Below, in pieces: positions 36,151-49,800 of a stretch of 64,000 bases of DNA. The notes beneath the pieces are model-generated. The model was not told the origin of the DNA and ran no database searches. It worked only from the letters and a program-made list of their open reading frames with translations. The stretch's first letter is position 1. Every line of letters starts with the position of its first letter. The translations under genes were made by a program, and so were the position numbers. Source of the DNA: Octopus sinensis (lineage: Eukaryota); assembly GCF_006345805.1 (NCBI RefSeq), contig NC_043022.1, forward strand, positions 15,624,001 through 15,688,000, in the 5' to 3' direction.

Positions 36151-36445
36151 TATCATCATCACCATCATCATTTAACGTCCGTTTTCCATGGCTGGCATGG
36201 GTTGGACAGTTTGACAGTTTGATAGAAGCTGGTCAGGTAGAAGACTACACCAGTCTACTGTGTCTGTTTTGGCATGGTTTTTATAGCTGGGTGCCCTTCT
36301 TAACACCAACTATTCCATAGAATGGGCTGAGTGCTTTTCACACAGCCCCAGCATGGCTGAGGTTTGTTTTCACATGGTTTTTACAGGTGGATGCCCTTTC
36401 TAACATCAGCCACCCTGCAGAGTAGACCGAGTGCTTTTCACATGT
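36151..36445 (-). mobile_element. Diverged SINE family C variant
   Basis: catcatcatttaacgtccgttttccatgg...gggtgcccttcttaacaccaac. Confidence 0.7.
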
Positions 36446-36532
36446 TCAAATTTATAGAAAACAAAAGACGAAGGCAGGTGTATGAACAACAAGCAGGTGT
36501 ATTAGTTTGACGCTCAAGAAGAATGGAAAAGT

Positions 36533-36568
36533 CTTTGATATTTCGAGCCTATGCTCTTCATCAGAAAG
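36533..36568 (-). ncRNA. Minimal type I hammerhead ribozyme motif (intact core) in a Penelope-pLTR-like repeat
   Basis: Minus strand cuuu-CUGAUGA-a-gagc(auag)gcuc-GAAA-UA-UC-aaag: stem I cuuu/aaag, 4-bp stem II, palindromic AUAU stem III, predicted cleavage after UC. Confidence 0.75.
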
Positions 36569-36875
36569 GACTGACAGAAAAAATAAATGAAAAGTGAACA
36601 AAAAAAAAAAATGGAGAGAGCTGTCGAATCAAACATTAAAAATTGAATAGTCTGTGTCTGTGCGTTTGTCTCCCCAACATTGCTTGACAACCAATGCTGG
36701 TGTGTTTACGTCTCTGTAACTTAGCGGTTCGGTGAAAGAAAAACGATAGAATAAGTACTAGGCTTACAAAGAATAAGTCTTCGACTAAAGGTGGTGCTCC
36801 AGCATGGCTGCAGTCAAATGACTGAAACAAGTAAAAGAGTGTATCATACATCTGAATAAAAAGTATGCTCAAAAG

Positions 36876-37650
36876 TAGCATTTCTCAACCGGGGTTCCCC
36901 AGATCCCTAGGGTTCCACAAAAGTTTCCTAGGGGTTCTGCAAGAAAGATTGGGATAAGCTAATACTAATTTCATAATTGTGATATTAACATATTATTGGT
37001 TATTGTAATATAGACATCATCCTCTCTAACCTATTATGTTAGCAAAATAATATATCAACCATTGGAGATATATTTAGTGATGTCTATAATTTATGGACAC
37101 CCTATGAATATATACTAGCAGTATCACCTGGTGTTGCTTGGGTTTGTTTTGTCCCTTTAGAATTGGAATTTTTGAAAAGTAAAAATTTTGCATTATGTAG
37201 CTTGTTATTCTCTTTAAGTGAACATTTTTCTGGTTGAAATACACCGAAAAATGGTGACACAGCAGTCAAAAAAATCGTAAAAAATAGGAATTTTCATAGA
37301 AAAAGAGCACCTTTTTGATGTAAATAATTTTTGGTGTTAACATGGTCCGATTTGAATTTTTTCTTCTACGGAAGGAAGAGCAAGCCTTCTTCTATCATAC
37401 TTTCAATTTTAGTCAACTTGCGCCACAGGGTCTTGGAGGAGATGGTGTCAGTTGAAGGCTACCAAACCTTCCATATACAGACAACTTCAGCTTTGTATAT
37501 ATATATATATATATGATACTTGCCATGTGAACTACGTTGAAAAAATATGTGAAAGATATGGTATATAATATTCTTTTGTACAGGGGTTCTTTGAGACATG
37601 TAATTTATTTTAAGGGTTATGCAAGGGTAAAAAGGTTGAGAAACACTGGT
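36876..37650. mobile_element. hAT/Charlie-like MITE carrying a nested Helitron
   Basis: Ends catttctcaacc...ggttgagaaacactg. Confidence 0.65.
37115..37516 (-). mobile_element. Non-autonomous Helitron family 1
   Basis: On minus strand A|TC...GC-rich hairpin...CTAG|T; ~90% similar to 53942-54338 by eye. Confidence 0.8.
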
Positions 37651-37674
37651 CTAAAGTATAGAGCAGCAAAATAG

Positions 37675-37902
37675 TAACCCTTTTGTTACCCTATTTCTGT
37701 TGAGTTGCTCTGTGTTTCTTTTAATTAATTTTAAACATAACAAAGAATTTAGTACAACAACTTAGTTATCATTAAGCTAGTGTTAGGAACATAAATTGTG
37801 ACTAAGGTTTGGTGGAAGATTTTAATTCAGAACTTATGGAAACAAGACATTTGTACTAGAGGGCCAGAGGCAGTTTCAGGTGAGTTGGTAGCGAAAGGGT
37901 TA
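37675..37902. mobile_element. piggyBac-like MITE
   Basis: TIRs taacccttttgttacc / ggtagcgaaagggtta; related fragments at 9650-9780, 10060-10140, 10826-10960. Confidence 0.6.
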
Positions 37903-38444
37903 GAGTAATAAAGTTAATGTCTGGTCGTAGAGTGACCAATGGTTTTGCAACCACGAAAGCTGTAGCTTCATAGATTGCTAATCAGTCTCTAGTCCAAAGA
38001 CAAACATAACTCTTCACCTCTGAGAGGCCGAAATCCGTTATGAGCATCGGTCAGTTGGTCATCAAAGAATAAATAGTCTGGTGTCAGTGAGGATGGGTTA
38101 TCTCCCTTCGACTAGCTATATGTGGGCTGGGAGAGGGGGGAACAAGGGGTTTATCCCTTTGGCTGCTTTTTGATCGTAAGGACACTTTCTGGGCTTAGTC
38201 AGCAGATGTGGAACCCCATATTCGCAGTAGGTAGTGCTTGGAATGGGTACATGATGTGAAGATTTCTTGGTAAGTATTCAGTGATCTAGGTTTTAGGGAG
38301 TCTTTGAGTATCCTAGCCATTTACCTATGCAAAGCTTTCAGCTTCTGTTGATGTAGGATCCCAGCTGATCTAGGATCTTCTACTTGATGTCATATGGGGT
38401 CCCTTCATTTTTTATGCCAGACTATTTATTCTTTGATGACCGAT

Positions 38445-38739
38445 GGCCATTGCCAGTGCCGCCTTGGCTGGCTTCCGTGCCGCTGGCACATTAAAAGCTC
38501 CGACCGATCGTGGCCGATGCCGGACCCCCTCTGGCACCTGTGCAGGTGGCACGTAAAAAGCACCCACTGCACTTGCGGAGTGGTTGGCGTTAGGAAGGGC
38601 ATCCAGCCGTAGAAACTCTGCCAGATCAGACTGGAGCCTGGAGCAGCCCCTGGCTTCCCAGACCCCGGTTGAACCGTCCAACCCATGCTAGCACGGAAAA
38701 CGGACGTTAAACGATGAGGATGATGATGATGATGATGAT
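38445..38739 (+). mobile_element. SINE family C
   Basis: Core and (ATG)n tail. Confidence 0.85.
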
Positions 38740-38896
38740 CAAATGACCAATGGCTGTAACAGATTTCTGCCTCCCAGAGGTGAAGAGTTATATGTCTTCA
38801 GACTAGAGTCTGATGAGGCTACAGCCTTTGCGGATGCAAAATCATTGGTCACTCTACGACCAGACATTAACTTTATTACTTTAATATATACATATA

Positions 38897-39270
38897 CGAG
38901 CAAAACGCCCCCCTGTCCAATGGACGGTGCTGAGTTGTCAAACATTTAAACCAAATTTTCTCAAAACAACTTGTCCGTCCGTCCCATAAGCCTCTCCTTT
39001 GAGAAACACTGATTTAACCTAAATTTGAGACACCAGGAAAAGAAGAAATAAAGATAGACTTTTTTCTATTCCAAAGAAAAACAATTTCCCACGGCTTTAT
39101 CGAGCGCATTCTCACCTGGAATCGATTTTTGTAATTTTTTCAAGACTTATACATGCCCTGATACCGTCGGTATCTACATATCAAATTTGAGCGCAATCGG
39201 ATGAAGGATGCCCAAGATCCGAGAAGACACACACACACACAGGCAGACAGAATGGATTTTATATAAGAGA
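38897..39270 (-). mobile_element. Non-autonomous Helitron family 2
   Basis: Minus strand A|TC start at 39270, subterminal hairpin (ctgtcc aat ggacgg), CTCG|T end (variant of CTAG), internal (CA)n/cagacaga. Confidence 0.6.
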
Positions 39271-39281
39271 TAGATACATAG

Positions 39282-39443
39282 AGGTGCAGGAGTGACTGTG
39301 TGGTAAGTAGCTTGCTAACCAACCACATGGTTCCGGGTTCAGTCCCACTGCGTGGCATCTTGAGCAAGTGTCTTCTGCTATAGCCCCGGGCCGACCAATA
39401 CCTTGTGAGTGGATTTGGTAGACGGAAACTGAAATAGCCTGTC

Positions 39444-39494
<51 letters not shown>

Positions 39495-39708
39495 ATGTGT
39501 GTGTGTCTGTGTTTGTCCCCCTAGCATTGCTTGACAACCAATGCGGTGTTTTACGTCCCCGTCACTTAGCGGTTCGGCAAAAGAGACCGATAGAATAAGT
39601 ACTGGGCTTACAAAGAATAAGTCCCGGGGTCGATTTGCTCGACTAAAAAGGCGGTGCTCCAGCATGGCCGCAGTCAAATGACTGAAACAAATAAAAGAGT
39701 AAAAGAGT
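39282..39708 (+). mobile_element. SINE family A, full length
   Basis: Matches other SINE-A copies. Confidence 0.9.
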
Positions 39709-40346
39709 ATAGATACATATATATACATATGTATGTGCATGTGTGTGTGTGTGTCTCCTTGCCTTGACATTGTGTGGCAGCAGTAAACAAGCATCCCTGT
39801 CACACAAGCAGTGACCTTCATTCCCAATATTCTGTGAAAATATGGTCTGGCTGTAATCTTACTTGCAAGCAGGTAAGGGTTGGCGACAGGAAGGGCATCC
39901 AGCTGTAATGAAAAATCTACCTCAACAAATTCTGTTGAACCTAGGAAAGCATGGAAAAGTTTGCATTGAAATAATAATGTTGATAATGGTGAGGATGATG
40001 ATGATGATGAGGAGGAGGAGGGGAGAAGGAGGAGCATGTGTGTATATTAGTGTGTGTGTGTGTCACTTCTGTTGATGAAATGTCTGCAGATTTCTATCTT
40101 GGAAGCTGTGTAAAATAAGAGATTCATATATGATGTTGGTGTGTTTACATAGCTGTAACTTAGCGGTTCGGCAAAAGAGTTTGACAGTATAAGTACTAGG
40201 CTTACAAAGAATAAGTCTTGGGGTCGATTTGTTCGACTAGAGGCAGTGCTCCAGCATGGCTGCAGTCAAAATGACTGAAACAATGACACATAGAATATAT
40301 ATATAATATATATATAAAATATTATACATAAGTATATATATATATA

Positions 40347-40380
<34 letters not shown>

Positions 40381-40441
40381 CAATACAGACCACACACACA
40401 TATATATAATATATATATATATATATTATATATATATATAT

Positions 40442-40755
40442 CCAATTAAGGACTGAACACGAAAAGGTGGACAGTCAACATGCTAGATATAGACGTCAAA
40501 TCGCCATTCTCCACAAAGATTTTGTTCTCAAATAAAAATAAAATTCAGCACGAACCTAAAGCAATGGATGAGACAAAAGAAAATACTAAATGGAAAAATT
40601 ATTCCATTTAGTATATTTCTTTTGTCTCATCCATTGCTTTAGGTCGTGCTGAATTTTATTTTTATTTGAGAACAAAATCTTTGTGGAGAATGGCGATTTG
40701 ACGTCTATATCTAGCATGTTGACTGTCCACCTTTTCGTGTTCAGTCCTTAATTGG
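40442..40755. repeat. Near-perfect 314-bp palindrome (fold-back element) in (TA)n
   Basis: Arms 40442-40595 and 40602-40755 (ccaattaaggactgaacacg...cgtgttcagtccttaattgg), 6-nt loop aaatta, two small indels. Confidence 0.95.
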
Positions 40756-41235
40756 TATATATAAATATTTTAATCTTCGGATTCTTTTTAATGTGCTAGA
40801 CCACTGGTTTTAATTGACTAATATCAATTTCTACCCTTAATTTTTATATATATATATATATATATATGTACAAGTGTATAATACTTACACATACATGTAT
40901 ACATAAGTACATACATACCCACATATAGACACATAGGAGGCATACATAAATACATACATATACATCCATCTATATATCTATGTACGTTTATACATACATT
41001 ACATAGATACATGCATATATGTGTGCGCGCGTGTGTGTGCGTGCGTGTGTGTGTGCGTATGTGCGTGTGTGTGTGTGCGTATGTGTGTGTGCGTGTGTGT
41101 GTGTGTGCGTATGTGTGTGTGCGTGTGTGTGTGTGTATGTGTGTGTTGCGTGTATGTGTGTGCGTGTGTGCGTATGTGTGTGTGTGCGTATGTGTGTGTG
41201 TGCGTGTGTGTGTGTGCGTATATGCGTGTGCGTGT

Positions 41236-41268
<33 letters not shown>

Positions 41269-41694
41269 TTGACCTCTCTCTCTCTTATCTCGCCACACTG
41301 AGCCCGTCCTTTTCCTTAAATTTCATGTCAAGTTGAGAGAGAAGCACTTGACTATTCAGATTATCTCCCCTTATCAAGTGGAGCTGGTTTTAGATTCTCT
41401 TCCATTCGTTGATTGGGAAAAGTCCGCGAAACCTCACCCATGTATGTCGTGTGTGTATGTATGGAGATATATATATATATATGTGTATATAGACGGCTGG
41501 GAGACTGGGAGAGAGAGAGAAAGAGAGAGAGAGAGAAAGAGACAGAGAGAGAAAGACAGAGAGAGAGAAGAAGATTATTTGCAAAAATAGATAGATAGAT
41601 AAATAGACAGATGGATAGATTGATAAATAGACAGTCAGATATGTGTGTGAGGGGAGTTAGGGTTAGTATCTGACCCTAACCCATATAGATAGAT

Positions 41695-42078
41695 ACTTGT
41701 TTCTGTCAGTTGAGTGTGGCCGTGCTGGAGCACCGCGTTTTTTCAGTCGAACAAATCGACCCCAGGACTTATTCTTTGTAAGCCTTGTACTTATTCTATC
41801 GGTCTCTTTTGCCGAACTGCTAAGTTATGGGGACGTAAACACACCAGCATCGGTTGTCAAGCGATGTTGGGGGGAGGGAGACAAACACAGACACACAAAC
41901 ACTCGTTCATATATATATATATATGTATATATATACATATATATGACGGGCTTCTTTCAGTTTCCGTCTACCAAATCACTCACAAGGCTTTGGTCAGCCT
42001 GAGGCTATAGTAGAAGACACCTGCCCAAGGTGCCACGCAGTGGGACTGAACCCGGAACCATGTGGTTCATATGCAAGC

Positions 42079-42080
<2 letters not shown>
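41695..42080 (-). mobile_element. SINE family A
   Basis: Reverse complement of SINE-A, 5' end lost into (GATA)n. Confidence 0.85.
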
Positions 42081-42111
<31 letters not shown>

Positions 42112-42186
42112 GAGTAGATAAATTTCTTTATTGGCCACACAGGGCTAAACACAGAGGAGACAATTACAATATAGAGATAGATAGAT

Positions 42187-42221
<35 letters not shown>

Positions 42222-42254
42222 TGATAGATAGATGAGTAGATAGATAGATAGATT

Positions 42255-42293
<39 letters not shown>

Positions 42294-42296
42294 GAG

Positions 42297-42329
<33 letters not shown>

Positions 42330-42338
42330 GGATGGATG

Positions 42339-42374
<36 letters not shown>

Positions 42375-42500
42375 TATTTCTTTATTAGCTACACAGGGCT
42401 GAACACAGAGGGTACAAATCATAAAGTAGAGCTTTTCTTTTGGGGGAGAAAAAAAAGATAGATAGATAGATAGACAGAGTAGATAGATAGATAGATAGAC

Positions 42501-42536
<36 letters not shown>

Positions 42537-42540
42537 CTGT
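42080..42540. repeat. (GATA)n microsatellite with two SINE-B-like tail fragments
   Basis: atttctttatt(g/a)gc(c/t)acacagggct(a/g)aacacagag at ~42122 and ~42375. Confidence 0.85.
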
Positions 42541-43996
42541 ATACACACTAATTTGGAAACACAGGGTTGATCTGCAGCAAATACAGCCTGAAAAAACTAA
42601 CAAGCAAACAAACAAACGAAGGTGTGTCAGTGTGTCACAGCTGCTGAAATGCTTTTTCTCACAGGTCTGCTAGACTTGGGCTGACCCGTGGTTAAACTAC
42701 ACCAACAAATACGCATATTCTGAGACCCTACAAACCAGTGTGACTTGATCATTTTTTTGTCTATTTGGCCCCATTTGATTGCTGTTTTATTCCAGTGGGC
42801 CCTCATAGCCATTCGGTGTTTTGAAAATCTCTGTTGTGTTTTCTGTAATTTGAATTTTATTTGGAATTCCATAAAGAATATCGGGGGAACCTGTTTTGTG
42901 GATTGTGAAAGGAGAACAAATTTGTTGGAGATAAAATTTTAGCAAGAATATCTTATAGGGACCCTGCCAAGGGTCACGTGGACCTTGGTTGAGAAACATT
43001 GTTACAAATGGGATAACCACACAACACACACAGTACATGCACACACACACACACACACACACTCGCATACACATACATACACACACTCACATGCATACAC
43101 TTACACACATACACACATACATGCACACACACATACACACTCGCATACACATACATGTACACACTCACACGCATACACATACACACATACACACACACAC
43201 TCTTACACATACACACTGTTACAAACACACACTCACACACACTCACACACTCGCATACACATACACACATTCACACGCATACACTTACACACATACACTC
43301 ACATACACACATACACGTGCACACACACACACTCGCATACATGTACATACACACATTCACACGCATACACTCACATACACACATACACACACACACTCTT
43401 ACACACACACACACACACTCTCACACATACACAAACACTCACACACACACATATATATGTGTATATATACACACATACATACATACAAGCACACACACAC
43501 ACTCACACACAAAGAAATAAGAAATTAAAAAAAAACGGTACTTAACCCAAAACATGAAACAATGTCAGCCCTATCTGAATAAGTAACAACAACAACAGCA
43601 ACAACAACAACACCAACAAAAGCAACAAGTAGTGATATGTTGATGTGATAAGAGAGAAATGTTTATCAGTAATTAGAGACGAAAACGAACAAGTCCGAGT
43701 CATATAAAACTTAATAATTTATGAAATGATAACAGCAAAAATTCACTAACATTTAGAAATAGAGACAGCATGCTTCAATTAAAAATTTAAAAAATAAGCT
43801 TAGCAAATTAATTACGGTTGGTAATTGAGAATTAGGAAACTGCTCTGAGAATTCTGTAAAACAACCAAAACAGACAAACAACATGATCTCTGTGACACAT
43901 AATTTCAAAAATAAGCTCTCCACCGGCTCATTAGATGGTAAAGTGTTGGGGTAATTCTGTTTTGGAACGGTGAAACTTGAAGCAGATAAAGCTATG

Positions 43997-44278
43997 AATC
44001 ATCATCATCATCATCGTCGTCGTCGTTTAGCGTCCGCTTTCCATGCTGGCATGGGTTGGACGGTGCAACTGAGGTCTGGGAAGCCAGAAGGCTGCACCAG
44101 GCCCAGTCTGATCCGGCAGTGTTTCTACAGCTGGATGCCCTTCCTAACGCCAACCACTCCGTGAGTGTAGTGGGTGCTTTTTATGTGCCACCTGCACAGG
44201 TGCCAGACGAGGCTGGCAAACGACCACGCTCAGATGGTGCTTTTTACGTGCCACCGGCACGGAGGCCAGGCAAGGGTG
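43997..44278 (-). mobile_element. SINE family C
   Basis: (CAT)n tail, core, two internal modules. Confidence 0.85.
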
Positions 44279-44394
44279 GCAACATGACAATCAATAACAG
44301 ATCAATTACAGTGCAATAAAGGTTCTCTAAGTAGGGGGTCCAGTGGGGTCAGAGAACTACTTACTATAAAAATAATAAAATAAACACATCCTTT

Positions 44395-44632
44395 TAAAGC
44401 CTAGCCAGGCTCATGGGCCCGGTTTCCTGGTTTCTATGGCGTATGTGTTCCCCAGCTGGACGGGACGGCAGTCCATCGCAGCGTTACTCATTTTTGCCAG
44501 CTGAGTGGACTGGAGCAATGTGAAATGAAGTGTTTTGCTCAAGAGCCCAACGCATCGCCCGGTCCAGGAATCGAAACCACAATCTTACGATCATGGTGCT
44601 GACACCCTAACCACCAAGCCACGTGCCTCCAC
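44395..44632 (-). mobile_element. tRNA-derived SINE (family D head, CORE-like and V-like segments)
   Basis: Reverse complement gtggaggcacgtggcttggtggttag...tttcgattcc...cttgagcaaaacactt...gatggactgccgtcccgtccag. Confidence 0.7.
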
Positions 44633-45449
44633 CTAAAGCTATGAATAATAGAGTTAATATTGGGTTAAAAAAAAAGCCCTTTGAGCAGAGAAAAGGTTGG
44701 AGGCTGCCAAAAGGATTTGAACTCACATGTCCTGTAAACATGACAGATGTTCTACCATTGTACCAAAGCAATCCTTCAAATGGCTTCCAGCTGTAAAACC
44801 ATGTAAAAGCAGACCCAACCACTCTGTAGGGTGGTTGGCATTAGGAAGGGCAACCGGGTAGTAAAGGCCATGTGAAAGTAGGCCCTGGAGACACCCCCGT
44901 GTAGTTTTTCTGCCAAACCAGCTCCTGTCAAACTGTCTAACCCATACCTGAATAGGAAACAGACGTTAGACAGTGGTGATGATGATGATGATGATGATGA
45001 CGATGATGACGATGATGATGATGATGATGTTGATGATGACGACGATGATGATGTTGATGATGACGATGATGATGATGATGATGATGATGATATTGATGGT
45101 GGTGGTGGTGGTGGTGGTGGTGGTGGTGGTGGTGGTGGTAGTGGTGGTTCTTATCAGCAAGAACTGTATGTTGCTTATGTTGAAAGAAATGTTATGAACT
45201 GTCGAGAGAATGTGAAATAATTCTTTTTCGTTTTTTTCTTCTTTGGAACAGTGAAGCTTGAAGTAGATAAAGCTTTAACCCCTTTATTATTTGAGATTAT
45301 TCTGTGAAATCTAATCCTTATTTGTTGACATTGCTTGGAATTAATCCTGCATCATCTCATAGCTTTCGACGATGTGATTATTTACATTTAGAATGGCATT
45401 GTAGGATAGGCCAAGGGGCCATGCAGGAAAACTGGCCCCTAAACCACAT

Positions 45450-45680
45450 ATATTTCTTTACTACCCACAAGGGGCTAAACATAGAGCGGACAAACAAGGA
45501 CAGACAAATGGTTTAAGTCGATTACATCGACCCCAGTGCGTAACTGGTACTTAATTTATCGACCCCGAAAGGATGAAAGGCAAAGTCGACCACGGCGGAA
45601 TTTGAACTCAGAACGTAATGGCAGACGAAATACGGCTACGCATTTCGCCCGGCGTGCTAACGTGTCTGCCAGCTCGCCCC
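45450..45680 (-). mobile_element. SINE family B
   Basis: Reverse complement of SINE-B. Confidence 0.85.
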
Positions 45681-45766
45681 TAAACCACATAGTTACAAAA
45701 CAAGCTTCTCGACCGTCCAGCCATGCCAACCGCTACTTGCATGTCACGGGCATATAAATACACTAA

Positions 45767-45878
45767 CTATATTTGTTCCTCTCTATTAGGCATAGATAGA
45801 TCGAGATGGATGTTGTGGACGGTCAAACCGGTCTGGCTGGACATTCGAGATTGGCCGGAATGGTGTGGAGAGACTGAA
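45767..45878 (-). CDS. Candidate terminal coding exon of an unidentified minus-strand gene
   Basis: Long U-rich tract then tttgtctggtcag| acceptor; frame SVSPHHSGQSRMSSQTGLTVHNIHLDLSMPNREEQI*; unique CpG-containing sequence; no homology recognised. Confidence 0.2.
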
Positions 45879-46039
45879 CTGACCAGACAAATATGGATCA
45901 AGTAAAACAAAAACAAAACAACAACAACAGCATAAAACAAAAAAAAAAACGATGCTGGAGTCTAAAGCATTTCTGTCATCTTTGATTGATTAGAACTGCC
46001 ATATTCTGAGGTTAGTCATAAATACAATACATATATACC

Positions 46040-46085
<46 letters not shown>

Positions 46086-46090
46086 GTATG

Positions 46091-46122
<32 letters not shown>

Positions 46123-46158
46123 AATATATATATATATTACATACATATATATATATAT

Positions 46159-46307
46159 AGCTGTGTGGTAAGAAGCTAGCTTCCCAACCACATGGTTCCG
46201 GTTCAGTCCCACTGCGTGACACCTTGGGCAAGAGTCTTCCACTATAGCCTTGGGCCGACCAAAGCCTTGTAGTGGATTTGGTAGACGGAAACTGAAAGAA
46301 GCCCATC

Positions 46308-46367
<60 letters not shown>

Positions 46368-46545
46368 ATATATACACATAGATACAAATCCCTGTAACTT
46401 AGCAGTTCGGCAAAAAATAACCAATGGAATAACTACTAGGCTCACAAAGCATAAGTCCTGGGGGCGATTGCTCGACTAAAGGAGCTACTCCAGCATGACC
46501 GCAATCAATGGCTGAAATGAATGAAGAGTAAACGAACAAAAGAAT
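46159..46545 (+). mobile_element. SINE family A (diverged)
   Basis: Matches SINE-A. Confidence 0.8.
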
Positions 46546-46567
46546 ATATACATATACATACATACAT

Positions 46568-46622
<55 letters not shown>

Positions 46623-47232
46623 TATTAGAAAGGATTTCTCCAAGCATTTACCGGTTTTCTCACAGTTGGGTATTTAAAATAGATTATCCACTAGTCAATA
46701 CATAAATCCAATAATAATTATCATAAGATAATTTAGAAGTATATTCCCTTAACCATATTGGTTTCCTGGACTAATTAATATGAATAATAACAATAATAAT
46801 AATAATGATAATAATAATGATAATAATAATGATAATAGTAATAATCCTTTGTAGTATAGGCACAAGACGTGAAATTTTGGGGGAGGGGGCCAGTCGGTTA
46901 GATCGACCCAAGTATGCAACTGGTATTTAATTTATCGACTCTTTTCTACTCTAGGTGCAAGTTCTGAAATTTTTTGGGAAGGTTGGGTGGGGGCGGAGCA
47001 ATCAATTAGATTGACCCTAGTATTTTACTGGTATTTAATTTATCAACCCGCAAAAGGATGAAAGGCAAAGTCGACCTTGGCGAGATTTGAACTCAGAACA
47101 TAAAGACATATGAAATACCGCTAAGCATTTTACCCAGCTTGCTAATGTTTCTGCCAGCTCACCGCCTTATCAACAACAATAATGGTAAAAACTATTATGA
47201 AGGAGCCTAGCATTACCTTTCATTCCTTTTTG

Positions 47233-47269
<37 letters not shown>

Positions 47270-47736
47270 CGGTGGGCTTCCTTCAGTTTCCATCTACCAA
47301 ATCCACTCACATGGCTATGGTCAGCATGAGGCTATAGCAGAAGACACTTCCCCAAGGTGCCACACAGAGGGAATGAACCCGGAACCATGTGATTGGTGAG
47401 CAAGCTACTTACCACACAGCCACTCCTGCTCCTATATATACGTAAGTATATTATAAAAGCATATTGGAGGTGTATGGACTAATGGTAGCGACATGATTCT
47501 CAGACTGGTTGCCATAGGGTTCTTGAGCGAAACCCTTCATTTCATGTTGCTGCAGTCCACTCAGCTGTAAAGGGATCACCCTATGATGGAAAAGCCTTCC
47601 GATCAGTGGGAAATGGTGGGCTTGCTCACCTAGCCAGCAGGGTGGCATCATTTGGAGGCTAGAACAAAGTGCATTGTGACCAGTGATGTGTAACAATGTC
47701 CAGCTGTCAGCTCAATCACCTGATTGCATGATAGAA

Positions 47737-47767
<31 letters not shown>

Positions 47768-47993
47768 CGCGAGAAAGAAGCAACAGAATGGATAGGTTTT
47801 TAGTACAATCGTTTCATACAAAAAACCATCCATTCTGTTGCTTCTTTCTCGCTTATAATCACCCCACATTACTGTATTGTTAAAACAGTATATTTTTTTT
47901 TGGTGCATCTAAGTTAGGTACCATATTCAAGTAAATTCATTTAAATTAACTTGAATCTTATTGCTTTTGTATATATATATTATATAACACACC

Positions 47994-48032
<39 letters not shown>

Positions 48033-48068
48033 GATACATATATATATACATACATATATTTGTGTATG

Positions 48069-48101
<33 letters not shown>

Positions 48102-48623
48102 GATATATATATAATATATATATATTATGTATGTATGTATGTATGTTGTATATATATATACACACACAATATTATACAATTATATATATATATATAGATA
48201 CATATATATATATATACATACATATATTTGTGTGTGTATATATATATATATATATACATATATATATACACACACACACATATATATGTATACACACACA
48301 CACATACTTACATAATACAGACACAAAGCACCAATTTTACTCCCCACCCACACAAACACACACACATTAATAGGTATGTGATGGACAATTGAGCACAGAT
48401 CTCCCCTTCCCTCTCTCCCTCCCCTCCCTCCCTCTCTGCCTGCCTCTCTCTCTCTCTCTCTCCTGCTCATTCTTCCTTCCCCTCCACCTCCCCCCATATT
48501 CGCTCTTCATTACCCCCTCCCACCTCTCTCTCTCAATTGCTTTTCTGTTCTAATTTATCTCTTTATTTTACATTATATTTTCTGGTGGGAGTGGTCTGGC
48601 CTAGACAGGGTGTGTATGTGTAT

Positions 48624-48672
<49 letters not shown>

Positions 48673-48927
48673 ATATTTATAATACATATTTATATGTATA
48701 TATATAAGTATATATATAATATATATATATGATGTTAGTAATATATAAATATATATATATATACATATTATTATATATATAATGTATATATATAACATAT
48801 ATATATATATAAAGTATAGTATATATAATTATATATATGATGTTAGTATATATTATAATAATATATATATACACACACCACACACACACACCACACACAT
48901 ATATATATATATATACACATATACATA

Positions 48928-48980
<53 letters not shown>

Positions 48981-49023
48981 CACATATATACATATATATA
49001 TACACACACACACACACACCACA

Positions 49024-49071
<48 letters not shown>

Positions 49072-49800
49072 GTATGTATGTATGTTTGTCTGTCTGTCTG
49101 TATGACAGTGGAAAGCCTTCCACCTGCTTCCTCGGTTTGTTTCACTGATTGCACATGTCCAAACAGGTATGGCAAGCACCCTTCTTCACCTCTGATATCT
49201 CAACAAATTACACACGCCTCCACCACCAACACCACCACCACCACCACCATCGTCACTATTACTCCCACCATTAACATTGCCACCATCAACGCCACTGTCA
49301 AATCCAGTGCACCACCAAATTGACCACTACTAACACCACACAGGAATAACAACCACCACTGCAACACACGCCACCACCACCACCACCATCAACAACACCA
49401 ACACTACCACCACCATTACCAACACAAGCACCTGCACCAGCGTCACCATCACCACCACCACCACCACCACCACCATCACTACTACCACCAACACCACCAT
49501 CACCACCACCACCACCAACATCATCATCACTACCACCACCACCACCTCCACTACCACCACCACCACCATCACCACCACCACCACCACCATCACCACCACC
49601 ACCACCACTACCACCACCACCCTCACCACCACCACCACCATCACCACCACCATCACCACCACTATCACCACCAATACCACCAACATCATCATCACCACCA
49701 CCACCACCAGCCACAACAGCATTTAACTGATCAAGCCACTACTTTTAACCCCTGCCCACCTGCAGAAACCTCGCCCACCCCCCACTAACAAGTCACTTAC

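Noticed and set aside
44700-44790. tRNA-like sequence on the minus strand
   Set aside because: A/B-box-like motifs are present but the acceptor stem and cloverleaf do not close; likely a decayed SINE head. SINE heads elsewhere were likewise not called tRNA genes.
49298-49722. Gly-rich 138-aa ORF resembling a structural protein
   Set aside because: Degenerate (GGT/GAT)n microsatellite, GTG start, no splice support.
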